64,000 nt of DNA, taken from positions 21,067-85,066 of the forward strand of contig PLZG01000054.1 of the NCBI GenBank assembly GCA_003152075.1, written 5' to 3'. Position 1 is the stretch's first letter; every line of letters begins with the position of its first letter. A model generated the notes under the pieces. The model was not told the origin of the DNA and made no database searches. It worked only from the letters and a program-made list of their open reading frames with translations. Source of the stretch: a candidate division FCPU426 bacterium. Lineage in GTDB: Bacteria; Oederibacteriota; Muellerivitia; Muellerivitales; Muellerivitaceae. This document shows, in pieces, positions 36,299 through 46,900 of the stretch. The position numbers and the translations under genes were made by a program.

Positions 36299-37258
36299 CT
36301 ATATTCTACTGCGATACCAATTAATCGTCTGGTCCAGCCCCTCTTTTAAGGGGATTTCGGGGGACCAGCCGAGGTGTTTTTTAGCCTTGGAAATATCAGG
36401 CTTGCGCTTGATGGGGTCGTCCTGGGGAAGGGGTTTTTTTATGATTTTGGCTCCCGGCTTGCCGCAAAGCTCTTTGACCAGCTTGGCGAACTGAAGAATA
36501 GACGTCTCATGGGGGTTGCCAAGGTTAAATATCTCGCCCGCTGTGCGGGGAAGGGAGACGGCCTTCCACAAGCCCCTCACCAGGTCGCTCACATAACAAA
36601 AACTGCGGGTTTGGGAACCGTTGCCGTAAACAGTCAAGGCTTGGCCTTTCAAGGCCTGAGTGATCAGGTTGGAAACCACCCGGCCGTCGGCCTCGTTCAA
36701 GCGGGGGCCGTAAGTATTGAAGAGGCGGACGATCCTGGCGTTTACCTTGAACTTGTGGATGAATTCATAAACGAAGGTTTCGCCAAGGCGCTTGCTTTCA
36801 TCGTAGCAGGAGCGGGGTCCGAAGGGATTCACGTTGCCCCAGTAGGTTTCTTTCTGCGGGTGCTCAAGGGGTGTTCCGTAGACTTCGGAAGTGGAGGTAT
36901 ATAGGAAACGGGACCCGGTTTTTTGGCAGTACTCCAACAGGAGGCGGGTTCCAACCGTGTTTGCCTCGATGGTCTTGAGGGAGTGGGCCATGTAACCCTT
37001 GGAAGAATCCGCCGCGGGGGAAGCCGGGGAAGCCAGGTGGAAAACAAAATGGGCCTTGCCCAGGCTGGAAGGCAGGGGCTTGGCCACGTCCCGGTTGAGG
37101 AAACGGAAGTTCGGGTTCTTAGCCAGGTGGGCAATGTTTTCTTTGTGACCGGTAATCAGGTTGTCCAGGCAGGCGACCTGGTGGCCCTGGGCAATGAGGA
37201 AATCACAGAGGTGGGAGCCCAGGAAGCCGGCCCCGCCGGTGACGATGGAACGAGTCAT
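36299..37258 (-). CDS. uxs: UDP-glucuronate decarboxylase (UDP-xylose synthase)
   Basis: VTGGAGFLGSHLCD Rossmann motif and overall similarity to the UXS/ArnA-decarboxylase family. Confidence 0.8.
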   Translation of the reverse strand: MTRSIVTGGAGFLGSHLCDFLIAQGHQVACLDNLITGHKENIAHLAKNPNFRFLNRDVAKPLPSSLGKAHFVFHLASPASPAADSSKGYMAHSLKTIEANTVGTRLLLEYCQKTGSRFLYTSTSEVYGTPLEHPQKETYWGNVNPFGPRSCYDESKRLGETFVYEFIHKFKVNARIVRLFNTYGPRLNEADGRVVSNLITQALKGQALTVYGNGSQTRSFCYVSDLVRGLWKAVSLPRTAGEIFNLGNPHETSILQFAKLVKELCGKPGAKIIKKPLPQDDPIKRKPDISKAKKHLGWSPEIPLKEGLDQTINWYRSRI

Positions 37259-37353
37259 GCAAAACCCTTCAAAATTTTTTCTTTCGGAGGAGGGAGTTTA
37301 ACACAGCCTGGAGTGAGACGCCAAGAAGACTTCGGGAAACGGGATGGATCCGG

Positions 37354-38106
37354 TCAACGGGCATAAAGCGAGGCTTCGATGTTGCCGATTTGAACGCCCT
37401 CAAAGATTCCCGCGGCGGTTCCCACTTGGAGGCGCAGAAAGGCCTCCGGGCGGCCCGTAGGCAGGTCGAATTGGTAATGGCCGTTGTTGCTGGAGTCGTC
37501 GCCCACCGCAGTGAATTGGACACCATCGGAAGAAACGGATTTCATCAAATGACCGCCATCGCCCCCGAAGGCGATGACGTCAAAGGCCGCGGTGGAACCG
37601 GACTTGATCGTGGAGCCGTGAGGGGTCTTGAAGCGGAAAGTCACGTAAGTTCCCCGGCCATCGGTGAAATCCATGACCACTTTATTTTGAGGAACGATTT
37701 CACCGCCTATCCCGCCCTGGACGGTGATATCACGGTCCCTCAAGGTCAGGTGCCCGGAAGCGGTCGGCCGTTTCTCGTTGATGCTGGAGAAGGGGGAACT
37801 GAGGGTGGGGTCCGCCAATGTGGGAATATTCCTTCCCGCGTTGTAGTCGTCCTGAAAGTCGTTTTTTAACACGAAATCGGGCAAACCTTCAGGCCGGACA
37901 CTGTCCGCGTCCGGTTTGGAGGCGGGAGTAACGGGAGGATTGGGAGTTGGGACAGACACAGCCGGGGCGGGAACAGTGTAATCCTGGTAGTGATCCTTTT
38001 TAAGGATCACTACCAGGATTACAACCTGAAGGCCCAGGATCGCGAAGAGAAGCACTGTTGATAACCGGACGAAGGGTTGGGGCAGCTTGGTTTCGGGATA
38101 TTCCAT
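37354..38106 (-). CDS. hypothetical single-TM periplasmic protein
   Basis: TM helix, then a Pro-rich segment; no motif recognised. Confidence 0.35.
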   Translation of the reverse strand: MEYPETKLPQPFVRLSTVLLFAILGLQVVILVVILKKDHYQDYTVPAPAVSVPTPNPPVTPASKPDADSVRPEGLPDFVLKNDFQDDYNAGRNIPTLADPTLSSPFSSINEKRPTASGHLTLRDRDITVQGGIGGEIVPQNKVVMDFTDGRGTYVTFRFKTPHGSTIKSGSTAAFDVIAFGGDGGHLMKSVSSDGVQFTAVGDDSSNNGHYQFDLPTGRPEAFLRLQVGTAAGIFEGVQIGNIEASLYAR

Positions 38107-38139
38107 GGATGACTCCTTCAGATTCCTGAGTGAAGTGCC

Positions 38140-38808
38140 TTAAGGTTTGGGGGAACAGACATAAAGCCGGGCCGTGGCGAAGCGGTTGCCCCAGGGCAGG
38201 GTGGCCAGCTGGATATTGCCCCTCACTTCCTTCTCGACGGTAAAGCTTTTTTCCAGGAGCGCCCGGAACTGTCCCTCGGTCCAGCAATAGATGTGGGTGG
38301 GGTCCAACAAAAGGGTGCCGGGTTTTTTCAGGGCCGCCACGATTTGCAGGGGATGGTACATGTCGTCATAAACGAAAAAGATTTTACCCTTGGGCTTGAG
38401 CAGGAGGGGAAGGGTCTTGAACAGGAGTTTCCGGTCCCCATCGAAAAGGTGCTCGGCCACGTTCACGCAGGTGACGGCGTCGAACTTCCCGAACTTTTTC
38501 AAATCCGGGATGGCCTTGAAAAGGTGGAATTTCCGCTTGGGGTAAAGCTTGCGGGCCTGGGTGATGGCGCCCTTTTCCACGTCCGCTCCCTCGGCCTGGA
38601 GGAAATCCGTGATGTAACCCACGCCGCAGCCGAAATCCAATATCCTTTTCCGGGGGGAAGGCAGGTTGTCCTGGAGGGCCTTATAAATGCTCAGGACAGA
38701 CAGGTCCTTTTGCTCGATGAAGTGCTTGTAGTGCCAGTAGTAGCCTTTTTGCCGGAGGACGTAGGAAAAAATTTTTTTCCGGAAAGGGTAGAGAAGGCCG
38801 TGGTTCAT
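38140..38808 (-). CDS. class I SAM-dependent methyltransferase
   Basis: ILDFGCGVGYITDFL motif I. Start refined to MNHGLLYPF, directly after the stop of the upstream gene. Confidence 0.7.
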   Translation of the reverse strand: MNHGLLYPFRKKIFSYVLRQKGYYWHYKHFIEQKDLSVLSIYKALQDNLPSPRKRILDFGCGVGYITDFLQAEGADVEKGAITQARKLYPKRKFHLFKAIPDLKKFGKFDAVTCVNVAEHLFDGDRKLLFKTLPLLLKPKGKIFFVYDDMYHPLQIVAALKKPGTLLLDPTHIYCWTEGQFRALLEKSFTVEKEVRGNIQLATLPWGNRFATARLYVCSPKP

Positions 38809-39950
38809 CGGATGGGGAAGCCGTTTCCACCGTAAGGATTGTTGTCCAGTGGCGTAGGGGTCATGGTGGGCGGGGCGGGAGGTTCGGGGGCCTTCATGGG
38901 CTTGATGCGCACGATCTGGCTGTTTTGCAGGTCCGTCAGGTAAAGGCGGTTCTCGGCGTCGCAGGCGATGCCCCGGAAATGCGGGTTGTAGTTGGGGGTC
39001 ACTATGTCGTCCTTGGCGGACCATTGGCCGATGAATTCAAAGCGGTTGTTGAAAAACACGACTCGGCCCGTCGTGCCATCGGTCACGGCGATCATGCCGG
39101 ACTTGGCGATGACGATTCCACCCGGTTCCTTGAATTGGAAGGGGCCCTCGCCATACCACCCTTCCAGGGTGACGGGCACCCCTCCGCTATTTAAAACCTG
39201 AAAATGGAAATTGCCCGTGTCGGCGATCAGGGCCTGGTCGATATAGTTCAAGGTGAACCCCAGGGGCTGGTTCATAAAGGCGTTATTGGAGTTGGAAGTG
39301 GGATCCCCAAAGGCGCCCCAGCCGGAGAGGTACTCGCCCAAGCCGCTGAAAATTTGAATCCTCGAATTGCCCGAGTCTAGAACCCAAATTTTGTTGTAAT
39401 GGTCTTTCGCCACGGCCCGGGGAAGATTGAATTGACCCGGGCTGTTTCCTTGGGCGCCCCAGGTGGAAAGGACCAGGCCCTTCTCATCCAACACGACGAT
39501 CCGGTGGTTCTGGGTATCGGCCACGTAGGTTTTCTTGGAGGGAGCTACGAATACTCCGGCGGGGTGATTGAACTGGGGAGCGTCGCGCCAGTCGGCGCGG
39601 GTTCCGAAGGAACCCAGCACCGTGACGGGTTTGCCTTCGCTATCCCATACCACAATGCGGCTATTACCCGTGTCGGCGATCACCATTTTTCCGCTGGGGG
39701 CAATATCGATGCCTTCCGGCGCGTTGAGCTGGTCATTCCCAATGCCCTTGGAACCCCACATGGCGTCGAAGCTGTAAATCTTGGGGCCGGTATAGGGGAT
39801 GGGCGTGAAGGTGGCCGTGGCGGTGGGGGTATCGGTAAAGGTTTCAGTTGGGGTGGCCGTGGGGGTATGGTGTTTTTTCGCCCACAGGTTAGAGGGCAGG
39901 GAAGCTAAAAATAGAAAAAGAAGGATAAAGGTGATTCGGTGCGGGTTCAT
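38805..39950 (-). CDS. secreted NHL-repeat beta-propeller protein
   Basis: Signal peptide MNPHRITFILLFLFLASLPSNLWA, a TPT linker, and repeated ..IADTGNSRIVVWD.. NHL-like blades. Confidence 0.7.
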   Translation of the reverse strand: MNPHRITFILLFLFLASLPSNLWAKKHHTPTATPTETFTDTPTATATFTPIPYTGPKIYSFDAMWGSKGIGNDQLNAPEGIDIAPSGKMVIADTGNSRIVVWDSEGKPVTVLGSFGTRADWRDAPQFNHPAGVFVAPSKKTYVADTQNHRIVVLDEKGLVLSTWGAQGNSPGQFNLPRAVAKDHYNKIWVLDSGNSRIQIFSGLGEYLSGWGAFGDPTSNSNNAFMNQPLGFTLNYIDQALIADTGNFHFQVLNSGGVPVTLEGWYGEGPFQFKEPGGIVIAKSGMIAVTDGTTGRVVFFNNRFEFIGQWSAKDDIVTPNYNPHFRGIACDAENRLYLTDLQNSQIVRIKPMKAPEPPAPPTMTPTPLDNNPYGGNGFPIR

Positions 39951-40136
39951 TGAATAAATGCTATCACAAAAGCAATTATGAATTATGAATTTTAAATTTT
40001 GAATTGTGGTTATTTTCACCTTCGGTGAAAATTTCATTCATTCAAAATTCAACATTTTAAATTAAAAATTGGTGTTTTAAGCGCCCTTTTTCTCTTTTGA
40101 GAAAAAGGATTTCTTCGCCTTTTGAGGATGTGCGGC

Positions 40137-40640
40137 TCAGGCCCCTTCGGCTTTGCTTTGGCAGTTGATGCAGCGGGTCGCCCAGGGGATGGCTTTCAAG
40201 CGGGTCATGGGGATTCCCTTCCCGCAGACTTCGCATTTGCCATAGATGCCTTCCTCAATACTACGGATCGCCTTCTCGATTCTTTCCAACTCGATGCGGT
40301 CGTTTTCCATCAGGGTGACGGAAAGGTGCTGGCTCAGCTCGCCCGAACCGTGGTCCGCCATGTCGCCCGGAACGTTTTGGTTATCGGCGATCTCTTCCCG
40401 AAGGTCTTGCTCCAAATGATTGACCTGACCGGTGATTTCGTTACGGCGGGTTTGCAATTTCGCGAGAAGGGGTTGGAAGGCCGGATCGATGCGGACTTTT
40501 TTCTTGGGAGCCTTAGCGATCATGATGGCTTTTGACGCGGACTTGGCCATGGCTTTGGCGGTAATTTTTTTGACGGCGGTAAGCTTGATTTTTTTGTGAA
40601 CTTTTTTCGGGGGTGACTTTTTCTTGCTTTTGGGAGCCAT
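40137..40640 (-). CDS. DksA/TraR-family C4 zinc-finger protein with Lys-rich N-terminal tail
   Basis: CEVCGKGIPMTRLKAIPWATRCINCQ; the N-terminal 55 aa is KKKSPPKKVHKK..AKAMAKSASK. Confidence 0.7.
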   Translation of the reverse strand: MAPKSKKKSPPKKVHKKIKLTAVKKITAKAMAKSASKAIMIAKAPKKKVRIDPAFQPLLAKLQTRRNEITGQVNHLEQDLREEIADNQNVPGDMADHGSGELSQHLSVTLMENDRIELERIEKAIRSIEEGIYGKCEVCGKGIPMTRLKAIPWATRCINCQSKAEGA

Positions 40641-40767
40641 GGCTTCCTCCGGTTATGATTTTAAATGTCAGAGTTGTTCGTTAGGGCGTTGAAAAGGATG
40701 CAAGGTTAACGAAGGTGCCAAAAACTGTCAAGAATAAAGGTAATGAAGCCCACTAACCGAAACCTGA

Positions 40768-40902
40768 TTTACCGCCACGAGCGCCACGTTCGCTACGAGA
40801 GGCAAAACCAAAAACATATTGTTTTTTAAAATCTTGAAAAACCCTGGCATTTTCCGCCTTTCGTCTTTCTTGGCGAACTTGGCGTCTTGGCGGTGAAAAG
40901 TC
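40768..40902. repeat. family-B inverted-repeat element
   Basis: accgccacgagcgccacg ... cttggcgaacttggcgtcttggcggtgaaaag. Confidence 0.6.
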
Positions 40903-40981
40903 TTGGGTTTTGCCCCATTGAAGGCCCTGAAATTCATCCTAATACTATCACTGGTTTCATCAACGTCTAACGAGGTGCGGT

Positions 40982-41551
40982 ATGGCCATGGGAATCACTT
41001 TGATCGCGTTCCTGTTCATCTTGGGAATTCTCCTTTTGATCGCGATTTACTTCATCTCCGTTTACAACTCGCTGGTGCGATACCGGGTGGAAGTGGACAA
41101 TTCCTGGAGCCAGATCGACGTTCAATTAAAGCGCCGCCATGACCTGATTCCCAACCTGGTGGAAACGGTTAAGGGCGTCATGGATTTCGAGAAAGGCACG
41201 CTGACCCAAGTGATGCAGGCCCGTTCCGCGGCCATGGGGGCCACCAACCAGGCCGACCGGGTGAAGGCGGAAAATGACATCACTACCGGGCTTGGCCGTT
41301 TGCTGGCGGTCTGGGAAAATTATCCAACCTTGAAGTCCAACGAGAACGCCTCCCAATTACAAGAGGAACTGACCTCAACCGAAAACAAGATTGCCTACGT
41401 GCGAGGCCACTATAACGACGTGGTGGCCAACTTTAACGCGCTCACCCAGCAGTTTCCCTCGAACCTGGTCGCCGGGCCCTTTGGTTTCCAATCCAAGGAA
41501 TTCATGAAAGCCGCCGACTCGGACAAGGAAGTCCCGCAAGTTAAGTTGTAA
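40982..41551 (+). CDS. lemA: LemA-family protein
   Basis: N-terminal TM segment plus the LemA core NSLVRYRVEVDNSWSQIDVQLKRRHDLIPNLVE. Confidence 0.85.
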   Translation: MAMGITLIAFLFILGILLLIAIYFISVYNSLVRYRVEVDNSWSQIDVQLKRRHDLIPNLVETVKGVMDFEKGTLTQVMQARSAAMGATNQADRVKAENDITTGLGRLLAVWENYPTLKSNENASQLQEELTSTENKIAYVRGHYNDVVANFNALTQQFPSNLVAGPFGFQSKEFMKAADSDKEVPQVKL

Positions 41552-41580
41552 TCCATTGAGGAACGCCCAACAAAAACTTC

Positions 41581-41675
41581 TGACACGAAGACTCCAAGAC
41601 ACCAAGAGAGGCTTTGATTTTCCTTCAAAGGAAATCGTCCTTCTTCGTGCCTTTGTGTCTTAGTGTTGGCTTCGG
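41581..41675. repeat. family-B inverted-repeat element (degenerate copy)
   Basis: gacacgaagactccaagacaccaag ... cctttgtgtcttagtgttgg. Confidence 0.45.
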
Positions 41676-43365
41676 ATTTTTAATGTTTTACTCACTTCCG
41701 GCCGAAACGGTTTTTGAGGCTAAGGAACGTACCAAGCGGGCCACTTTTTACCTCTTCATTCTCCTTGTTGGGCTCTACATTATTTTTTTCAATTTGCTCC
41801 TGGTCTCGGGCGCCTTCATGCTCCGGGGCTTGACCCACAGCCCGGGTCCCATTGAGATTCCGCTTCTCATCGTGGTGGCTACCTTCTTTTCGACTGTCCT
41901 GGCTGTCTTTCATTTCCTCTACGCGCGAAGCAGATCCCTGGACGACCTTCTGGAACAAATCGGCACCCGACCGGCGGACCCAAAGGATTCCAACCACAAA
42001 CCCTTCATCGACATCGTTCAGGAAGCGGAGATGGCCACGGGTATTCATGACATTCGGGTTGTGGTATTGCCGAGCAACGGGTGTAACGCATTTTCCCTGC
42101 AGGATGGAAAGGGCCAGTCGGCTATTGGGGTCACGGAGGGGCTCCTAGGCAAACTCAACCGCCAGGAACTTTCCGCCGTGGTGGCCCATGAGGCCGCCCA
42201 CCTGGTGCACGAGGATTCAAGGCTGGTGACCACCGCTTGTTTTCTTTTTGGGGTCTTCGGCCAAATCAACGCCGTACTTGGGGGGATGATGCGCACCACC
42301 AACAATACTTACAGTTACTATGAACGCCGGTCCAGCGCGCGGAGCAGTAATTTAACCGGGGTCATCGTGGTTCTATGGATTATCTCGGGCGTGGGTTACC
42401 TCATTACCCGGCTGATCTCCATGGCCATCTCCCGGGAAAGGGAATACCTGGCCGACGCGGACGGGGTGGCCATGTGCAAGGATCCGCTTTCGCTGGCGGA
42501 AAGCCTCTATAAGATTTCCCGCCGTTACCGTGGGGACACCCCGCCCACCTATTCTTCCCTCTTTATCATGAATCCCTCTGACTCGGGATTGGACGAGCAG
42601 GAAAGTTTCTTCTCCAACCTTTTGAGTGATCACCCGCCTGTTTCCCAAAGGCTCAATAAGCTCCTGGTTTGGGCCAAGAGCGACCTGTCATCTCTCCAAG
42701 CGATTGATCAAAAAGAGGAAAAGGAGGAAGGCTCAAAAACCCCCGTTAAGACCGCGCTGCCCCCTACCGAGGGCCAAGGCTTTATGGCTTACCAGGGGGA
42801 TAAATGGGTGGGGCCCTATACACCTCCCCAGCTTTTGGCCATGGGTTTCATGACTCCCACCACCTGGGTTTGTCCCGCGGGCAGCCAGCAGGTGGGAAGG
42901 GCCACGGACATACCCGATCTTCTTCCTCTTTTCCAAAGCCAAGTCCAGGGAGCGGTTTCCAAAGGCTTTTGCCCGCGCTGTAAGGTGCCCCTACTCAGCC
43001 AACAGTACGAGGGGACCGAAGTGGAGCAATGTAGTTTTTGTAAGGGTTATTTGTTGCGGGCCGGGGTTTTGGAGAGGCTTATCAGCCGTGAGAAGTTTGA
43101 CTATACGGCCGAGGAAATCAAGAAGGCGAAGATCTGGCGGGATAGCCAAAGGGGGCCCTTGAAAGATCGGAACCATTTTCCGGAAATAAAATGCCCCTTT
43201 TGTCAAAGCCCCATGGATAAGGGAATCCATTCCATGCTGACCCAAGTGGTGATCGACCATTGCATCAACGACAAGTGCGGCGCCATTTGGTGCGACGGCG
43301 GGGAATTGGAAACCATTCTGATGATCATTGAGGACGCGCATAGGGTTCCGGTGGGTTCAAAATAA
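41614..43365 (+). CDS. M48-family (HtpX-like) zinc metallopeptidase with C-terminal GYF-like domain and two zf-TFIIB-like zinc ribbons
   Basis: HEAAHLVHED (HExxH) between TM helices. C-terminal CPRCKVP..CSFCKGYLL and CPFCQSP..CGAIWCDGGELE. The true start may be MFYSL at ~41683. Confidence 0.8.
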   Translation: MIFLQRKSSFFVPLCLSVGFGFLMFYSLPAETVFEAKERTKRATFYLFILLVGLYIIFFNLLLVSGAFMLRGLTHSPGPIEIPLLIVVATFFSTVLAVFHFLYARSRSLDDLLEQIGTRPADPKDSNHKPFIDIVQEAEMATGIHDIRVVVLPSNGCNAFSLQDGKGQSAIGVTEGLLGKLNRQELSAVVAHEAAHLVHEDSRLVTTACFLFGVFGQINAVLGGMMRTTNNTYSYYERRSSARSSNLTGVIVVLWIISGVGYLITRLISMAISREREYLADADGVAMCKDPLSLAESLYKISRRYRGDTPPTYSSLFIMNPSDSGLDEQESFFSNLLSDHPPVSQRLNKLLVWAKSDLSSLQAIDQKEEKEEGSKTPVKTALPPTEGQGFMAYQGDKWVGPYTPPQLLAMGFMTPTTWVCPAGSQQVGRATDIPDLLPLFQSQVQGAVSKGFCPRCKVPLLSQQYEGTEVEQCSFCKGYLLRAGVLERLISREKFDYTAEEIKKAKIWRDSQRGPLKDRNHFPEIKCPFCQSPMDKGIHSMLTQVVIDHCINDKCGAIWCDGGELETILMIIEDAHRVPVGSK

Positions 43366-43517
43366 AATCACAACCCAAGAACTAAAATTCACCCCTCGCC
43401 CTGGCCCATCTCCCTGAAAGAACTCATAGGGGAAAACCCCTATGTACCCATAAAACCGCAAAGCCCACAAAACCCAGGCCAAGGGGTGAGGGAAACTGGA
43501 TTTTATGCGATTCTTTC

Positions 43518-43544
43518 CTCCTCTCCCTTGAGGGGAGAGGGTGT
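43518..43544. repeat. family-A repeat variant (CCTCTCCC-ttgag-GGGAGAGG hairpin)
   Basis: Palindromic core shared with the 57552 variant. Confidence 0.5.
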
Positions 43545-43951
43545 ACCGACCATTTATAAATCTTATTATGTGGTCGGTATTATGCCTGTATCATTTTGGA
43601 TGAAAATCCAAAATTGGCATACGGTGAGGGTGAAAAGTAAATTTTTAAAGGTTCAAAAAAGAATCCACCCCATAACTACATATAGTGCCTAACCGATTGC
43701 CGTGACACTAGATGCATTGATTTACCTCATATTGATAGTCCCGAAGTGGTGCAAGTAAGCCGACAAGGTATAATTGACCTGCATTTGCTGCCCAGTTCTC
43801 TTTGTAAGCTTTTTTCAATGAAACTGGGCAAGTGCAAATTTCCATAGTTCAGGTAACTGGAAATTTTAGGTCATTTGCTGGGGGTTATTAAAAAGTAGTT
43901 AATCCCCGTTATTCAACAACACCTTTTCAACGCTTTTGGGGAAGCCGTAAC

Positions 43952-46900
43952 GTGAACAGCCGTATCTATCAAAATCCTATTGGTTTTTTATTCCGCCTCA
44001 TCCTCGTTTCCGGTTTGGGCTTTGTAATTACCGCCACGACCGCATCGGGCCAAATCACACTAACCAAATCGGTTAACGTGTCAAGCGCCTCACCCGGTGA
44101 CGCGGTCACTTACACCCTTTCCTATACCAACGCGAATGCCAACAGCACCTGCCCGGACAATTTCGAAGGTGACACGCTGGGGAATTTTCCCACGGGCTGG
44201 ACCCAATCCCAGGGGACTTGGTCGGTCGTCTCGGACAATGGGCCCACCTCGGCGGGAACCCAGGCCCTCCAGGGCGTGGCGGCGGCGAATAATTATCCCT
44301 ATCTCCTCAACAATTGCTCCACCCAGGTGGGGGACGGTTATATCCAAACCGACATGAAGATCGGCGCTGGCGGAACCCAAAACGGCGTTCTTCTTTTCCG
44401 TTTCAACGGCACAGGCACGGTGAACGGCTCGAATTACCAGGCCTTGATCGGGGTGGGCAACACCAACAACGTGTCGGAGGACTATTGGAACAACACCGCG
44501 GCCACTTTCAATACGGTCACCACGGGTAGCGCGGTGATCGCCGCGAACACCTGGTTCACCGCCAAATTCGAGGTTACGGGCTCGGGCCCGGTTACCCTAA
44601 AATTGTGGATCAACGGTACCCTGGCAGCCACAGGCACCACGGCTTTCGCCATTGGAACGGGGCAGGGTGGCCTGCAATCCAATAACAGCAGCACGGTCAG
44701 GTTCGACAACGTTTCCATCGTCAAGTATCCGCCCGCTTACAACGTGACCGTGACCGATACTCTGCCGGCGGGGTTGGCCTATTCCTCCTCCAGCGGTTCC
44801 CCAGCCGTGGCGGGGCAAAAGGTGGTTTGGACCTTGGGAAACCTTGTCGGCGGGGCCGCCGGAGCCCTGACCCTGGTGGGTACGATCAATAATTGCGGCG
44901 TCAACCTGATCAACACGGCTGAGGCGGATAGCGGGACACCCCAATTGGGCGTGAATTCCAACCCGGTAACAACCACCGTGATTGGCTGCACCCCGACGTC
45001 GACGAATAGTCCCACCTTCACCCTTACTCCCACCAAGACCGCCACGCCGACCCCGACCCCGACCCTGACGTCGACAAATTCCCCGACGTTAACCCCCACA
45101 AATACACCCTCAAACAGCCCGACGAGCACACCGACCAACAGTTACACGAACACTCCGACCGTTACCCCGACGAATTCGGCTACCAATACGTCATCCCCTA
45201 CGGGGACGAACACTCCTACCGGCACTCCAACGAAAACACCCACCAATACACCTAGCAACACTCCAACCAATACTTCCTCAAATTCGCCGACCAACAGTCC
45301 AACCACGACGCCGACCAATAGCCCAACGACAACGCCGAGCAATACACCGACCAATAGTCCTACGACCACGCCGTCCAACACCCCCACGAATAGCCCAACG
45401 ACCACACCTACCCAATCGCCCACGACGAGCCCCACCAATAGTCCAACCGCGACACCCTCTAATTCTCCGACCAATAGCCCCACCATTACCTCCACCAACT
45501 CCCCCACGGCCAGCCCCACCAATTCCCCCACCGTGACCCCTTCAAACACCCCGACCAATACGCCAACTTTGACGCCGACTAATACGTCAACGGCTTCACC
45601 GTCCAATACTCCTACGGGCACTCCGACTTTCACGCCGACGAATACGCCTTCTTATACCCCTACCAACAGCCCGACGGTGACGCCGACCACAACGCCCAGC
45701 AATACGCCGACCAATAGCCCCACGGCCACCCCTTCAAGCACACCCACGAATAGCACAACCACCACGCCTACCCATTCGCCAACGCCCAGCCCCACCAATA
45801 CCCCGACGTCGACACCCTCGAACACGCCGACCGAAAGCCCGACCATCACACCAACGTCTACCCCAACCAATAGCCCAACATTAACCCCGCCCAACACACC
45901 CACGCCAACCCCCACTATTACTCCTAGCTACTCACCTACTAATAGCCCGACGATCACTCCTTCCAACACCCCCACGAATAGCGCAACAACGACGCCTACC
46001 AATTCGCCCACGGCCAGCCCCACCCATACCCTGACCATGACTCCTTCGAACACGCCGACGGAAAGTCCGACAACTTCACCTACGTCTACCCCAACTAATA
46101 CTCCGACCTTGACGCCTCCTAATACGTCGTCCCCTACGGGGACGAGTACTCCTTCGGGCACACCCACCCCAACATCCACGAACAGCCCAAGCAATACGCC
46201 TACGAACACCCTCACCCATTCACCTACCCAAACCCCGACGCTTTCGCCGACCAATACTCCTTCCAATTCTCCGACCATAACTCCGACCGACACGCCCACC
46301 ACCACGACAAGTAATACTCATACTAATACCCCAACGAATACCCCCATTTCCACACCGACTAATAGCCCCACGACCACACCACCAAGCACTCCCACGAATA
46401 GCTCGACGACCACACCTACCAATTCGCCTACGGCTACCTCCACGAATAGTCAGACCGGGACACCCTCTAATACTCCCACCCATAGTCCGACGACTACTCC
46501 CACGAATTCACCTACCCAAACTTCGACAATTACGGCAACCAATACTCCCACCCATTCCCCAACCACTACGACGAGCAATACCCATACGAATACCCCGACG
46601 AATAGCCCCACTTCCACGCCGACTAACAGTCCCATCAACACGCCACCCTTGACCCCTACCCATACGTCGACGGCTTCGCCATCGAGTACTCCTACGGCCA
46701 GTCTGACCAGTTCGCCTACCTCAACGTCGACAAACTCGCCTACACTTTCACCTTCCAGCAGCCCAACGAATACCTCGGGCACCAGCACTTTCACTTACAC
46801 CAATACATCCTCTTACACCAACACTCCTCCTTTCACCCCCACGCCAACCTACACCGATACCCCGACCTATAGTTTTACTGCCACTCCCAGCCCGACCAAC

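Noticed and set aside
43486-43692. 68-aa ORF in the 570-bp intergenic region upstream of the giant gene
   Set aside because: It reads through the family-A hairpin repeat (..SSSPLRGEGVPT..). It is more likely a non-coding leader with imperfect inverted repeats at 43782..43845.
44779-46794. Series of minus-strand ORFs (VGV/LVG-rich, 87-163 aa) across the giant gene
   Set aside because: They are the reverse complement of the Thr/Pro repeat region (ACC/CCC/AAC codons reading as GGT/GGG/GTT). This is an artefact of the repeat, not independent genes.
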